A program made the position numbers and the translations under genes. Below the pieces are notes generated by a model. The model was not told the origin of the DNA. It searched no databases and saw nothing but the letters and a program-made list of their open reading frames with translations. A stretch of 43,864 nt of DNA from Prasinococcaceae sp. CCMP 1430 (Eukaryota; Plantae; Prasinodermophyta): contig RQSC01000236.1 in NCBI GenBank assembly GCA_013416795.1, positions 1 through 43,864 of the forward strand. Direction: 5' to 3'. The stretch's first letter is position 1. Every line of letters starts with the position of its first letter. Below, piece by piece: positions 10,488 to 21,636 of this stretch.

Positions 10488-12551
10488 CGGACGCGGACGT
10501 CGAGCGCGCCGCGGGCGGGCGCGCGCGCGGCGAGCCCGAGTACGCCGACGCGGGCTTCCTCGACATCTTCAAGAACTTTGCGCTGCTCGGCTGGACGGCG
10601 TTCGGCGGGCCCGCCGCGCACATCGGCCTCTTCCAGAAGGTGGGTGCGAGCGCGCGCGTGCGCGCGTGCGTGCGCGCGTGCGTGCGTGTGCCGTGTGTGT
10701 GTGTGCGCGCCCGCGCGCTTGCCCGAGCGTGCGCGTGAGCCCGCGCTGATGCGCCTCGGTCCGCGGCTCTCGTGGTGCACCACGCAGCTCTTCATCGAGG
10801 ACCTCAAGTGGGCGAGCTCGGAGGCCTTCGCGGAGCTGCTGGCGCTCTGTCAGTGCCTTCCTGGGCCCTCGAGCACGCAGATGAGCTTCGCCATCGGCAC
10901 CACCAAGCGCGGCGTGCTTGGCGGCCTGCTGAGCGGCATCCTCTTCCAGTACCCGGGCCTCGTCCTGATGACCGTGCTGGGCGCCTTTGCCGACGACTGG
11001 GCGGGCACCGATGTGATCGACAAACACGCGTCGCTGGGCGGCTTCGTCAGCGGCATCAGCGCAGCGGGCGTGGCGCTCGTGGCCTCCGCTGCCTGGGGTC
11101 TCGGCAACAAGCTGTGCAAGGACCACGACACCAAGCTCATTTCCGTGCTCAGCGCCGTGGTGGCGCTCTACTACGGTGCGACCCCCCCACGAACCCCCAC
11201 AAACCACCCCGCGCGCGCTTCCGCTGCTGTGCTTGGCGACGCGCCGCTCTGCGCGCGCATAGCGCTGACCGAGCTCGCGTTCTGGCCACCCGCAGTGACT
11301 GGCTGGATCTTTCCACTGCTGCTGCTGCTCGGCGGCATCGTCACGTACTTCTACCGAGGCCCGCTGCCGCCCGCCGACGGCGAGGTCTCCGCCAAGAAGG
11401 CCGCCGCCGCCTCAGGCGTGCAAGACTTTGGCGTGGGCAGGCCAGTTGGCGCCATGCTCGTCGCCGCCTGGTTGGCCATCCTGGGGGTGGGCATCGCGCT
11501 GGTGGCCTCGACCGACTACGACGACTGGAAGGAGCTGCACTGGTTTGAGGTGCGCGTTGGCGCGTGCGCGCGCCAGAGAGAGGGGGGGTGCGTGCTGCCA
11601 GGCACGTACGCGCACCTTGGGACACAGCGGACTGACTCAAGCTCAACCCGCCGCCCCGTTCCCCACGCGCGCTTCAGGCATTTTATCGCACTGGCGCCAT
11701 CATCTGGGGCGGCGGGCAGGTGGTGCTGCCGCTCCTGCAGCACGAGGTTGTCAAGTACGCCACGTGCTGCACAGACGACGCTGGCGAGGAGGGAGCGCGC
11801 TGCTTGGCATACTTCTCGGCGGGGCAGTGCACGGAGGCCTTCACAGGCGGCGGCGCGTGCGGCTCGGTCGAGGCCACGCGCTGCACGTACGTGCGCGAGG
11901 ACACGTGGGTGACGGAGGAGCAGTTCTTCGCGGGGCTAGGGCTGGCGCAAGCGATGCCCGGGCCGTTGTTCAACCTCGCAGGTACGCGACGCGGGCGCTC
12001 CAATACGGCGCCCACGCCACGCCTGCGTCTGCCGCGGCGCTTCGCATGCGTTGCCTGCGCGCGCGCCCGCGTGCGTGCTGGCGCCACGGGCCCCAGCGCG
12101 CCCCTTGCGCCGGTATGAGCGCGTCGCGCTGACCGGATGGCGCGCCGCCGCCGTCGGCGCGGCCTGAACAGCATTCCTCGGCGCGGCAGTGGGCGGCGTG
12201 CCTGGCGCGGGCATCTGCTGGCTGGGCCTGTTCGGCCCTGGCGTGATGCTCATCTTCGGCGTGCTTCCGTTCTGGGGCCAGTTCCGCACCAACGCGCTCT
12301 ACCGGCGCATGCTGCCGGGTCTAAACTCGGCGGCGGTGGGGCTCGTCTTCGCGGCGGTGCTCTCCATGGCGGCCAACGCGCGAGCGGCGTCCAGCGCTCC
12401 GACGTACAGCACTTGCGTGGCTGTGCTCGCCTTCTACGCGGCGCAATTCGTCAAGCTGCCCGCCGGCATGTGGTCCAAGGTGAAGGCGCCGATGGTCATA
12501 GTCGCCGGGGGGGCGCTGGGCGCCCTCGGGGGTGCGGTGGGCGCGTACTAG
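10488..12551 (+). CDS. chrA: CHR-family (chromate/oxyanion) transporter, long bidomain form, 5' truncated
   Basis: Two CHR half-motifs, AFGGPAAHIG...LALCQCLPGPSSTQ and IWGGGQVVLPLL...GLAQAMPGPLFNL, plus many TM segments. Multi-exon; stop TAG 12551. Confidence 0.92.
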
Positions 12552-12771
12552 GACAGTGCGCGCGCGACGCGTGCGCGCGCATCGGCGGTAACGTTCCAAG
12601 CGAGCGCACGGGGCACGGAACGCGCGCCTGTTTCCCGCGCGCACTGCTCTTGCGCCGAGTGCGCGCGGCACCCAACACACAGCATTACTCCGAGTGCGCC
12701 TCCAGACACGCTCGCCCTATCGTACATGGCCGCGCACGCGCGCGCGGGCAGACGCCCACGGACGGGGGCGC

Positions 12772-13407
12772 TCACTCGGCCTCCGCGCGGCACGACGCGC
12801 CGTCGGCGTTTTCGCGCTCCGCCGCCGCGCGCGCGGCCAGGACACCGGCGAGGTCGCCACGGCCGGTCACATTGGTGCGACGCTCGGCCCAGAAGTCGTA
12901 CACCTTCTCAGCGAGCGCCCCGACAGTCTCGTTCTTGGTGACGGCGTACACCCACCCGAGTCCGACGGCCTCGTACAGCTCCCGGAAGACCGCGACGCCA
13001 GACAGGATGGAGCCGTCCGCCCTAATGGCGTGGATGGACGCCATCGCGCGCGGAAACGTGATGCCCATGTTCCACTCGGGGCCGAAGTCCGGCCCTAGGC
13101 GAGCGCGCACGGGAGCCGCGCGCACGGGAGCAGCGCGCGGGTCGCGCGGCGTCAGCGGCGTCCGCGCTCGCACCTCGTCCCGCGCTGGCCGCGCGCTGCG
13201 CGCGCTGCGCGTGCTGCACGCGCGCGCCCGCGGGCGCGCGCTCGCCGCACCGTCGATGTCGACGAAGTCGATCGCCCCCTTTCCCTCGTCGCGCGAGCGC
13301 AGGAAGTTCACCTCGCGCTCGCAAAGCGGGCATCCGCCGTCGTAGAGCATGCGGATGCGCGCGCCGGCGGGCCACCGCAGCGCCTCCACCGTGCCCGCCG
13401 CGGGCGC
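12772..13407 (-). CDS. DCC1-like thiol-disulfide oxidoreductase (DUF393)
   Basis: MLYDGGCPLCEREV (DxxCxxC), ASIHAIRADG, GVAVFRELYEAVGLGWVY, YDFWAERR. One phase-1 intron. The start lies in or beyond the N gap. Confidence 0.85.
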   Translation of the reverse strand, partial: APAAGTVEALRWPAGARIRMLYDGGCPLCEREVNFLRSRDEGKGAIDFVDIDGAASARPRARACSTRSARSARPARDEVRARTPLTPRDPRAAPVRAAPVRARLGPDFGPEWNMGITFPRAMASIHAIRADGSILSGVAVFRELYEAVGLGWVYAVTKNETVGALAEKVYDFWAERRTNVTGRGDLAGVLAARAAAERENADGASCRAEAE

Positions 13408-13571
13408 NNNNNNNNNNNNNNNNNNNNNNNNNNNNNNNNNNNNNNNNNNNNNNNNNNNNNNNNNNNNNNNNNNNNNNNNNNNNNNNNNNNNNNNNNNNNN
13501 NNNNNNNNNNNNNNNNNNNNNNNNNNNNNNNNNNNNNNNNNNNNNNNNNNNNNNNNNNNNNNNNNNNNNNN
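13408..13571. other. Assembly gap (N-run)
   Basis: 164 N. Confidence 0.99.
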
Positions 13572-13701
13572 GGGCGCGGGGGGCGCGCGCGCCGAAGCGC
13601 GCTCGCGCGGAGGGGTACACAGGTTACAAGACACTGGCGGCGGGCGGGCGCGGCGCTCGGCAGGCCCGGCAGCGCGGTCGCGCGCGCGCGGAGCGCCGCC
13701 C

Positions 13702-15060
13702 TCAGCCGACGACGGCCGAGAGCCAGTTCGTCACCAGAGGCACGCAGTCGGCGGCGACCTCGTCCGAGTCGCGCGAATTGGAGTAGACGTCGAAGTCGAG
13801 CAGCGGCACGTCGAGCGCCTCGGCGAGCGGGAGCAGCGGGCTCAGAACGTCCACCATGGCGTCGTTGGTGCGAGCCGACAGGAACGAGATGTGGCAGGGG
13901 GAGCCTTCGCCGCGGTACGCCACGAAGGCGGTGCGATCCACGGGCGGGGCGCACGCCTGCTCGGCCCCCCCGGAGACGGCCACCGCAGCGACCGCGGCCC
14001 CCGACTTGGCGCCGCCGCCGGGCGCGGGAGCACACTCGCCACCCCCGGCGGTCGTCGCCGCCGCCGCCGCACCGGAAGCGGCGGCGGCGGCGGCGCTCTC
14101 GGTGAGCTCACGCAGCGAGTCGCCATCGAATGCCGCCACCGGCACCGGCAGGGCATTCACCGCCTCGACGATTCCCGGCGAGGGCCCGAAGCGCCCGCTC
14201 TCGCGCGCGTCGAGGCTGATGACGCCGTCTCCTTCGGACGCGATGACCAGGAGCGGATCGGCTGCGACTTCGGCGGGCACGTCGCGCAGGCCCGCGATGG
14301 CCACGCGCGCGAGGCGGCCGCGCGTCTGCACCGCGGTGCCGGCGCCCGCGGACTGGCCGACCAGCGCCAGGCGCCCGGAGTCGCGCGTGATGCCGAAGGG
14401 CCCTTCCACCAGCTGCGCCAGCGTGGCGTTCACCACCTCCTCGCGCGAGGCGGAGGGATTCTGAGGGGGCGGCGCGCCCGGGCGCGCGTACGGCGGCGTC
14501 GTTGTGGGGTCGGCCAGGCCCTCTGCGAACTCGGGGGCGCACACGACGAAGCCCGCCGCCGCGAGCGCCTCGGCGTAGTCCACCAGGTCGAAGCGCGAGC
14601 CCAGGTAGCCGTGGCAGAGGATGACCGCGCCTTTGACGTCGGCCCCTGCGGGGCGCCGTCCGCCGGCGACGACGCCCGCGGCGGCGCGCAGGGGCACGTC
14701 GCGGTCGAGCCAGCGCGGCGTCGACGGGGGAAGGCTGAGCAGCACGCGCGCGATCTTGGCGACGGAGATGGCGTGCGGGTAGAGCACCGGGCTGGCGCCG
14801 GCGGCCGCGCTCTCGCCGGCCGCGGGGTACCACATCGCCACGGGCACTTGCTGCCCCCCGCGCACCTCCACGCTCACGCGCGCGTCCTCGAACGCGACGG
14901 GCGCCGCGGCCGGCCGCGGCGACCAAAGCCGCCGCCTGGCATCGCACCGGCCCCTCCCGCCACAACCCGCCCAGCCCACCCCCACGCCCCCTCGCGCGCT
15001 GCCGGCACACGCCGAGCGTGGGCGGATAACGCCGCCTCGCGACGATACCAATGCCTTCAT
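13702..15060 (-). CDS. Alpha/beta hydrolase (PAF-acetylhydrolase/dienelactone-hydrolase-like)
   Basis: VAMWYPA, ILCHGYLGSRFD...LAAAGFVVCAPEF, nucleophile GQSAG, Asp in ASEGDGVI, His in SPCHISF. 452-aa ORF with an Arg/Ala-rich N-terminus. Confidence 0.75.
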   Translation of the reverse strand: MKALVSSRGGVIRPRSACAGSARGGVGVGWAGCGGRGRCDARRRLWSPRPAAAPVAFEDARVSVEVRGGQQVPVAMWYPAAGESAAAGASPVLYPHAISVAKIARVLLSLPPSTPRWLDRDVPLRAAAGVVAGGRRPAGADVKGAVILCHGYLGSRFDLVDYAEALAAAGFVVCAPEFAEGLADPTTTPPYARPGAPPPQNPSASREEVVNATLAQLVEGPFGITRDSGRLALVGQSAGAGTAVQTRGRLARVAIAGLRDVPAEVAADPLLVIASEGDGVISLDARESGRFGPSPGIVEAVNALPVPVAAFDGDSLRELTESAAAAAASGAAAAATTAGGGECAPAPGGGAKSGAAVAAVAVSGGAEQACAPPVDRTAFVAYRGEGSPCHISFLSARTNDAMVDVLSPLLPLAEALDVPLLDFDVYSNSRDSDEVAADCVPLVTNWLSAVVG

Positions 15061-15631
15061 TCATTTTTTTTATTTTAGTGCGACTTTTTAAATAAAAATG
15101 CTGCGAAATAAATTTAAAAAGAAAAAAGAAAAAAATGAAATCCCTTTGGTTTCCGGCGGCCGTGGCCGAATCGCGGTTGCGCGGGTCGCGCGTGACCCGC
15201 AGCCGAATAGATCATTTTACATCCAAAACGAGAGTTCTTTGAATATGTCTCCCGTGGGTATTAATGATCTGTTCTGATCTGGGCAACGGCGGCGGCATTG
15301 GCGCGTCGTAGAATCCGGTGCGCATGCGCGCGCAAGCGCAAGCGCGGTCACCCCGCGCGCGCGCGCCCTCGCGCCGTCGCGGCCACCCCCGGAATGACCC
15401 CCCGCTTAATCCCGGTCTTTTCTCCAATCACCCCTATAAATTGCGGATCATCCGGGGCTCTCTCTGGCTCGTTCACCTGGTCACCGAATCGGCTCTCTCT
15501 CTCGCGCGCGGCGCCGCGTCGCGCGCGCGCGGCGCCCCCTCGCGATTTTCGGATCGTATTGGGGTTCGGGGCCGCGGATCCGCGCGCGCGATCTTTTTTT
15601 TTTTGTTGGAGGCGTGCCTTCGTAAACCGCA

Positions 15632-18600
15632 ATGCGCGCGGCGCGCGCGCGCGCGCGCGCGCGACGCTGCGGGTGAGGGGGGTGAAGGGGGCGAGGGAGG
15701 CCAGAGCGCGCGCGCGCAGCGGTGCCGCAGCGCAAGGCGGCGGAGCCTGCGGCGGTGGACGTGCCGGCGCCGCGGGGGGGCGAGGGGGGGCTCGGTTCCG
15801 CGCTCTCGCGCGTCGACCCGGTCACGGGCTTCGTCAACGTCGACGGCGGGCGCATCGACGACGGGCGGTACGGGCGCTTCAGGGACTCCATCGCGGGCGT
15901 CATCCCGCAGCACAGGCAGATAGACGACCCCATCCGCACCTTCGCGTATGGCACGGACGCGTCCTTCTACAGACTCACGCCCAAGCTGGTGCGTCGCCGC
16001 CGCCTCCGCCCCGGACGCCGCCCCGGACGCCGCCGCGGAGCGCGCTGACGTCCCCCCGCCGCCGCCCGGCCGCGCGCGCGACGCGCGACAGGTCGTGAAG
16101 GTGCACGACGAGGAGGAGGTCGCCAAGGTGCTGCCGAAGGCCGTGGAGCACGAGGTGCCGGTGACCTTCCGAGCGGCGGGCACGTCGCTCTCCGGCCAGG
16201 CGGTGACCGACTCGGTGCTGCTCAAGCTCTCGCACACGGGCACCAACTTCCGCGACTTCAAGATCGAGGACGGCGGCAAGGTGATCACCGTGGAGCCCGG
16301 CCTCATCGCCGGCGAGGTGAACCGCCTGCTCGAGGCGTACCAGAAGAAGCACAACCTGCCGATCAAGTACAAGATCGGCCCCGACCCGTCGTCCATCGAC
16401 AGCTGCATGATGGGCGGCGTCGTGGCGAACAACTCGTCGGGCATGTGCTGCGGCGTCAAGCAGAACACCTACCACACGCTGAGGGACATGCGCATCGTCT
16501 TCGCCGACGGCACCGTGCTGGACACCGCCGACGCGCAGAGCCGCGCGGCCTTCATGGAGAGCCACGCGCACCTCGTGAGGGGCGTGCAGGAGCTCGCGCA
16601 CAAGGTGCGCGCCGACGAGGAGCTCACCGCGCTCATCAAGAAGAAGTTCGCCATCAAGTGCACCACGGGCTACTCGATCAACGCGCTGGTGGACCACGAT
16701 CCCGAGGACCCCATCGAGATCATCAAGCGCCTCATGATCGGCTCGGAGGGCACGCTCGGCTTCGTCAGCCGCATGACGTACAACACCGTGCCCGACTACC
16801 ACCACAAGGCGAGCGCGTTCGTGCTCTTCCCGGACATCCGCTCGGCGTGCACGGCTGCGGCCGTGCTGCGCCGCGAGACCGAGGTGGACGCCGTGGAGAT
16901 GTTCGACTGGGCCTCGCTCGTGCAGTCCAAGCGCATCGGCAAGTTCGTGGAGGCCGTGCCCAGGATGGCGGAGATGCCCGAGGGCTCGTCCGCGCTGCTC
17001 ATTGAGTGCCGCGGGCAGGATCGCGCGGCGATGGAGGAGTCCATCGCGAGCGTCACCGCCGCCATCAACGGCTCGGAGCTGCCCTACGAGGAGTACAGCT
17101 TCACCGAGGACCCGGCCGTCTACAACGTGTACTGGGACGCGCGCAAGGGCCTCATCCCCATGGTCGGCGGCGAGCGCGAGGCGGGCACGAGCTTCCTCAT
17201 CGAGGACGTGGCGTGCGAGGTGGACCGCCTGGGCGACATGACGTGCGACCTCATCGACATGTTCAAGCGCCACGGCTACCACGACGCGTCGCTCTTCGGC
17301 CACGCGCTCGAGGGCAATCTCCACCTGGTGTTCGCGCAGGGCTTCCGCAATGAGGCGGAGGTGCAGCGGTTCAGCGACATGATGACGGAGATGTGCGAGA
17401 TCGTCGCCGAGAAGCACCACGGCTCGCTCAAGGCCGAGCACGGCACGGGGCGCAACGTGGCGCCCTTCGTGGAGATGGAGTGGGGGCGCAAGGCCACCGA
17501 CATAATGTGGGAGCTCAAGGAGCTCTTCGACCCCGACTACGTGCTCAACCCGGGCGTCATCCTCAACAACGACCCCGACATCCACAGGAAGAGCCTCAAG
17601 CTTTCGCCGCCCAGCTCGGCCATCGTGGACCGCTGCATCGAGTGCGGCTTCTGCGAGAAGAACTGCCCGTCGCGCGACGTCACGCTCACGCCGCGCCAGC
17701 GCATTACGGTCTTCCGTGAGATCAACAGGCTGCGCGCGCTGGAGAGCCCGACTGATGAGGAGGTCGCCAAGCTCGACGACTTCGAGCGCATGTACGTGTA
17801 CAACGCGGAGCAGACGTGCGCGGCCGACGGCATGTGCCAGGAGGCCTGCCCTGTGAAAATTAACACCGGCGAGCTGATGAAGTCGCTGCGCAAGGAGAAG
17901 TTCGACCAGCCGAGCTTCGGCCAGGCCGCCGCGGCCTTCGTCGCGAACCACTTCGAGGGGGTGGTCAACAACTCGGTGCCGGCGTTGCTCAACACGGTGG
18001 CCGCCGCGCACCGCGTACTTGGCACGGGCGCGATGGGCACCATGGGCGGCGCGGTGCACTCGGTGGGGAACGCCTGGATACCGCTTTGGAACCAGTACAT
18101 GCCCACCGGCGCGGCCGCCCTCGAGGAGGCACCGAGGGCCGCCGGCGACGGCGCAGCACGCAAGAAGGTGGTGTACCTGCCCACGTGCGTGACGCGCACG
18201 ATGGGCCCCGCGGTCGGCGACGAGGCCGCGGGCGGCGACGCGGTGCACAAGCGCATGAACTCGCTGCTGCGCAAGGCCGGCTACGAAGTGGTGTACCCCG
18301 AGGGGCTGGGCTCGCTCTGCTGCGGCATGCTCTTCAACTCGCGCGGCTACAACGAGGCCGCCGGCGAGAAGAGCTCGCAGCTAGAGAGGGCAATCGCGGC
18401 GGCGTCGGAGGGCGGCAAGATTCCGGTGCTCGTGGACACCTCGCCGTGCGTGATCACCATGAAGGACTCCATCGAAGACCCGCTGCTCAAGACGGCCATC
18501 TTCGAGCCGCTCGAATTCATCGACAAGTTCCTCGTGAGGGAGCTCGACTTCGAGAAGACGAAGAAGTCCGTGGCCGTGCACGTGCCATGCTCGGCCAAGA

Positions 18601-18908
18601 AAATGGGCAAGAACGCCACCTTCGTGAAGTTGGCGGGCATGTGCGCGGAGGAGGTGCACGAGTCGGGCGTGCCCTGCTGCGGCATGGCCGGCGACCGCGG
18701 CATGCGCTTCCCCGAGCTCACGGCGGGCTCGCTCAACCACCTCACGGACGCCGCCAAGGGCTGCACCGACGGCTACTCGACCAGCCGCACCTGCGAGATG
18801 TCGCTGTCCAATCACTCGGGCATGCACTGGCGCTCGCTCGTGTACCTCGTGGACGAGAGCACGTCGGCCAAGACCGCCGCGGCGACGGCCTCTCGAGCGA
18901 CGGCATGA
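15632..18908 (+). CDS. GYD1-like: FAD/4Fe-4S D-2-hydroxy-acid dehydrogenase (glycolate/D-lactate dehydrogenase, fused GlcD-GlcF / Fe-S D-iLDH type)
   Basis: YGTDASFYRL, RAAGTSLSGQA, SLKAEHGTGRN, CIECGFCEKNCP, CAADGMCQEACP and two CCG motifs. Intron 15989-16091. The first exon has a frame problem (see findings). Confidence 0.92.
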
Positions 18909-19199
18909 GCTCGCCCGGCGGTCCGTGTGTGTACTGTACTAATGTTATGAATGTTTTGTATCCGCTCGGTGCACTCGTGCGCGCGACCCAGGGCGAGCGC
19001 TCGAGGCCGCGCGACAGGCGCCACTCCCGGCCGCCTCTCGCGGCGGCGGGGAGACGTGCAACTCATTGTGAAAATTGTACAGAGGGGACGCGAGCGGCCC
19101 GCCCGTGCGTTACGTAGCTGGCGGTCGACCACATCCGCCCAGGCGAGGGGCGAGCGCGCCCTCAGGAGCAGCGCAGGCCTCCGCAGAGCACGGGCGGAG

Positions 19200-20501
19200 T
19201 CAGGGAATGTACTCGGGCTTCGCCGGCACGAATGCGTTGGAGGTGTCGAGCGGCACGTCGTCGGCCAGGTGCATGCACCCGTCAATGCGCTTGTACTCCT
19301 CGCACACGCGCTCGTAGCCGTAGCGCGCCAGGGCGGCCTTGCGCTCCGCGGCGTCGTCGCTGTCGACGCCCTTGTACGCAATGGACGACTCGCTGAAGTC
19401 GAGCTCCTCGGTGAGGCTGAGGCCGACGCCGCTGTACGCCACCGTGCGTGCCTCGCCGAGGGCTTTCTCTGTGACCTTGGGGGGCGGCATGATGTCAGCA
19501 GTGGCCATTGCCAGCCCGTAGAAGTGCGTGGGCGCCACGCCCTTCTTGGCCGACAGCTTCCGGAACATCTCCACGGCGTCCGGGTCCCACTTGTCGGGGC
19601 CGAGCTCGCCCGTCTCAAGGTTGGGGCGGTCGCGGCCGCCAGCGGGCGCCACCCAGATCAGGTGGCCGCCCTCCTTGAGCAGCCTCTCCATCTCCTTGAT
19701 GGTGGCGATGTTCTTGCGCATCTTGGCCGAGCGCAACTCGGGCTGGTCGTTCATGTGCTTCTTGGAGTACACGCACAGGAGGTTGCGGCCCATCGAGAAG
19801 GGCTTCGCCAGCGTGTCCTCCACCACGCGGTCGCCCGCCACGTAGATGACGCGCTCGCCGAGCCCAGGGTGTGACGCCTCGGTCATGAGCGGTATGAACG
19901 CCGCGTCCGCCTCCGACTGGTGGTTGGCCATCATGACCACGTTTTCGCCACGCTTGAGCGCCGCGTCGACGGCGTCCCACCGCTCGGGCCACCGCACCAG
20001 CGACCTGCTGAAGTTGAGCAGGTTGCCCACGTACAGCATGCCCAACTCGTAGTAGTTGAAGGGCGCGCGGATGGCGCGGTGGTACGAGGGAAACTCGAAC
20101 TTCTCCTCCATCTGCAGCGCGTAGGCGGTCATCATCTTCTGGAAGGTGGCCACGGTGATGCCCGCCGCCAGCGCGCGATCGCCGTTCTTGGCGGTCTTGA
20201 CGGCGGCGATGTACGAGTCGAGCAGACCCAAGAACGTCGCGCTCACGCTCTTGGAGAGGAACCTCGCGATGATCCGGATGACGCCCTCGGAGACGGCGAA
20301 GCGCACCGCCAGCTGCGCGGCCCGCGCCTTGAGCAGCGAGAGCGCCGCCTGCACGCGCTCGCCGAGCGACGGGCTCGCGACCTCGGCCTTCTTGGCCTTG
20401 GTCGCGACGGCCATGCACACCGGCGCCGCGCGGCGGGGGCGCGAGCGCCCACCGGCCGGCGCCGCCACCGCGCCCGCTGCGGCGAGCAGAGCGATGTGCA
20501 T
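19200..20501 (-). CDS. ATS1: Plastid glycerol-3-phosphate 1-O-acyltransferase
   Basis: NHQSEAD (HX4D), YVAGDRV, PFSMGRNLLCVYSKKHM, IWVAPAGGRDRP. Transit-peptide-like N-terminus; intronless ORF. Confidence 0.95.
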   Translation of the reverse strand: MHIALLAAAGAVAAPAGGRSRPRRAAPVCMAVATKAKKAEVASPSLGERVQAALSLLKARAAQLAVRFAVSEGVIRIIARFLSKSVSATFLGLLDSYIAAVKTAKNGDRALAAGITVATFQKMMTAYALQMEEKFEFPSYHRAIRAPFNYYELGMLYVGNLLNFSRSLVRWPERWDAVDAALKRGENVVMMANHQSEADAAFIPLMTEASHPGLGERVIYVAGDRVVEDTLAKPFSMGRNLLCVYSKKHMNDQPELRSAKMRKNIATIKEMERLLKEGGHLIWVAPAGGRDRPNLETGELGPDKWDPDAVEMFRKLSAKKGVAPTHFYGLAMATADIMPPPKVTEKALGEARTVAYSGVGLSLTEELDFSESSIAYKGVDSDDAAERKAALARYGYERVCEEYKRIDGCMHLADDVPLDTSNAFVPAKPEYIP

Positions 20502-21636
20502 GCCCCCCGCCGTCGCCGCAGCACCTGAGCGCGCGCGCGCGCGCGCAGCCGCCGAACGTGTGGCTCGCGGGCGGCCTGCGCACCCCCGGTGCGCGCCGCC
20601 GAAAGACCCCAGGTGAGCCGACACAATCCCGAGGTCCCCCCGGACATCAACCCGGTACATCCCATCGGCAGACCCGGTCGAGACCCGCCGGGGCGCGCGC
20701 GGGCGCCGTTCCGGATCGCGCGCGTTGGGGCGGAGTGTAAATCATAAATCATAAATAAATAAATAAAAAATAAATAAATAAATAAAAAATACTGTACATA
20801 CCTACAGACGTGCGGACGGAATATGCGCGCATCCAAAACGGAAAAAAAAGTTTTTGGGGGAGCTGGGAGCGAGCATCGCATCGCACCTGCGCGCGTCATC
20901 ACTACAGAAAAACCAAAAAAAAAACAATGAAAAGACGTCAGACACGCCAGGGACGACGCAGGAAAACGGACGGCGGCAATAAAAACAAAATAAAAATAAA
21001 AATAAAATCAAATCAAATAGATAGGAATTCGGCCTGGTTGCTCGTTGGTTGGCTTCGGCTGGCGCCCGTTGAGGTGCGTTCGTGTTGATGTGGATCGCGT
21101 TCGTTTTGACGTGGGGCCACCGCGCCGACCAACGTTGCGACCAGCACGCGGCGGGCACGTGCCGCGTCGATCGGCGGATGGCGCGCGGGCGATCCGTGAC
21201 CGCGGGGCGCCGCGCGGACAAATCTTTTTCTCTGACCCCGGTGAGCGACCCGCGGATGGGCCCCACCCACGGATTCGGCGACCGGCCTGCCCTGCCCGCA
21301 GCGCAGTGACGAGCCCTCAAACTTTTTTTTTTTTTTGGCACGGTTCGCGAAAGGCGTCCGACCATCATCAATCGAAGCGCTCGTCATTTTGTTTTTGTGA
21401 CCGTCCCCGCCGGGGCGTCATCGTTTTTATTTTATTTTGATTTTTGGATTTTATTTGGATTTTCCGTCGAGAACGCGCGGCGCCGTCCTTGACACTCGAG
21501 ATTTTTGTTTCGTGATGAGGACCGCGCATTAGGAGTGACCTCGGCAGGTCATTCGTAGTACTGTAGCGTTGGGTCTCATCAAATTCAATTGCAAAAAAGT
21601 GCGTTTTGCCGTTTGGGCGTCAGAGTGACCATGGAT

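Noticed and set aside
9712-13407. Selenoprotein (in-frame UGA) in the redox genes
   Set aside because: All catalytic positions are ordinary Cys codons; no in-frame TGA needs read-through.
15170-15205. Small hairpin CGGGTC/GACCCG in the AT-rich island
   Set aside because: Short GC stem expected by chance; no RNA family features.
15975-18248. Very long antisense or alternate-frame ORFs (757 aa here; also 41169-43262, 21585-23810, 36124-37647)
   Set aside because: Shadow ORFs expected opposite GC3-rich genes (few stops). Arg/His/Ala-rich with no motifs.
20740-21510. A-rich left and T-rich right flanks as possible transposon TIRs
   Set aside because: The match is low-complexity only, with no defined ends or TSD. 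More likely promoter A/T tracts.
21505-21586. Hammerhead-like words on the minus strand (TGATGAG...CGAAAC) and a C-box-like GTGATGA on the plus strand
   Set aside because: The conserved C of CUGAUGA is missing, 8 extra nt separate stem II from GAAA, and there is no nearby D box (CTGA). Kept only as a generic structured element.
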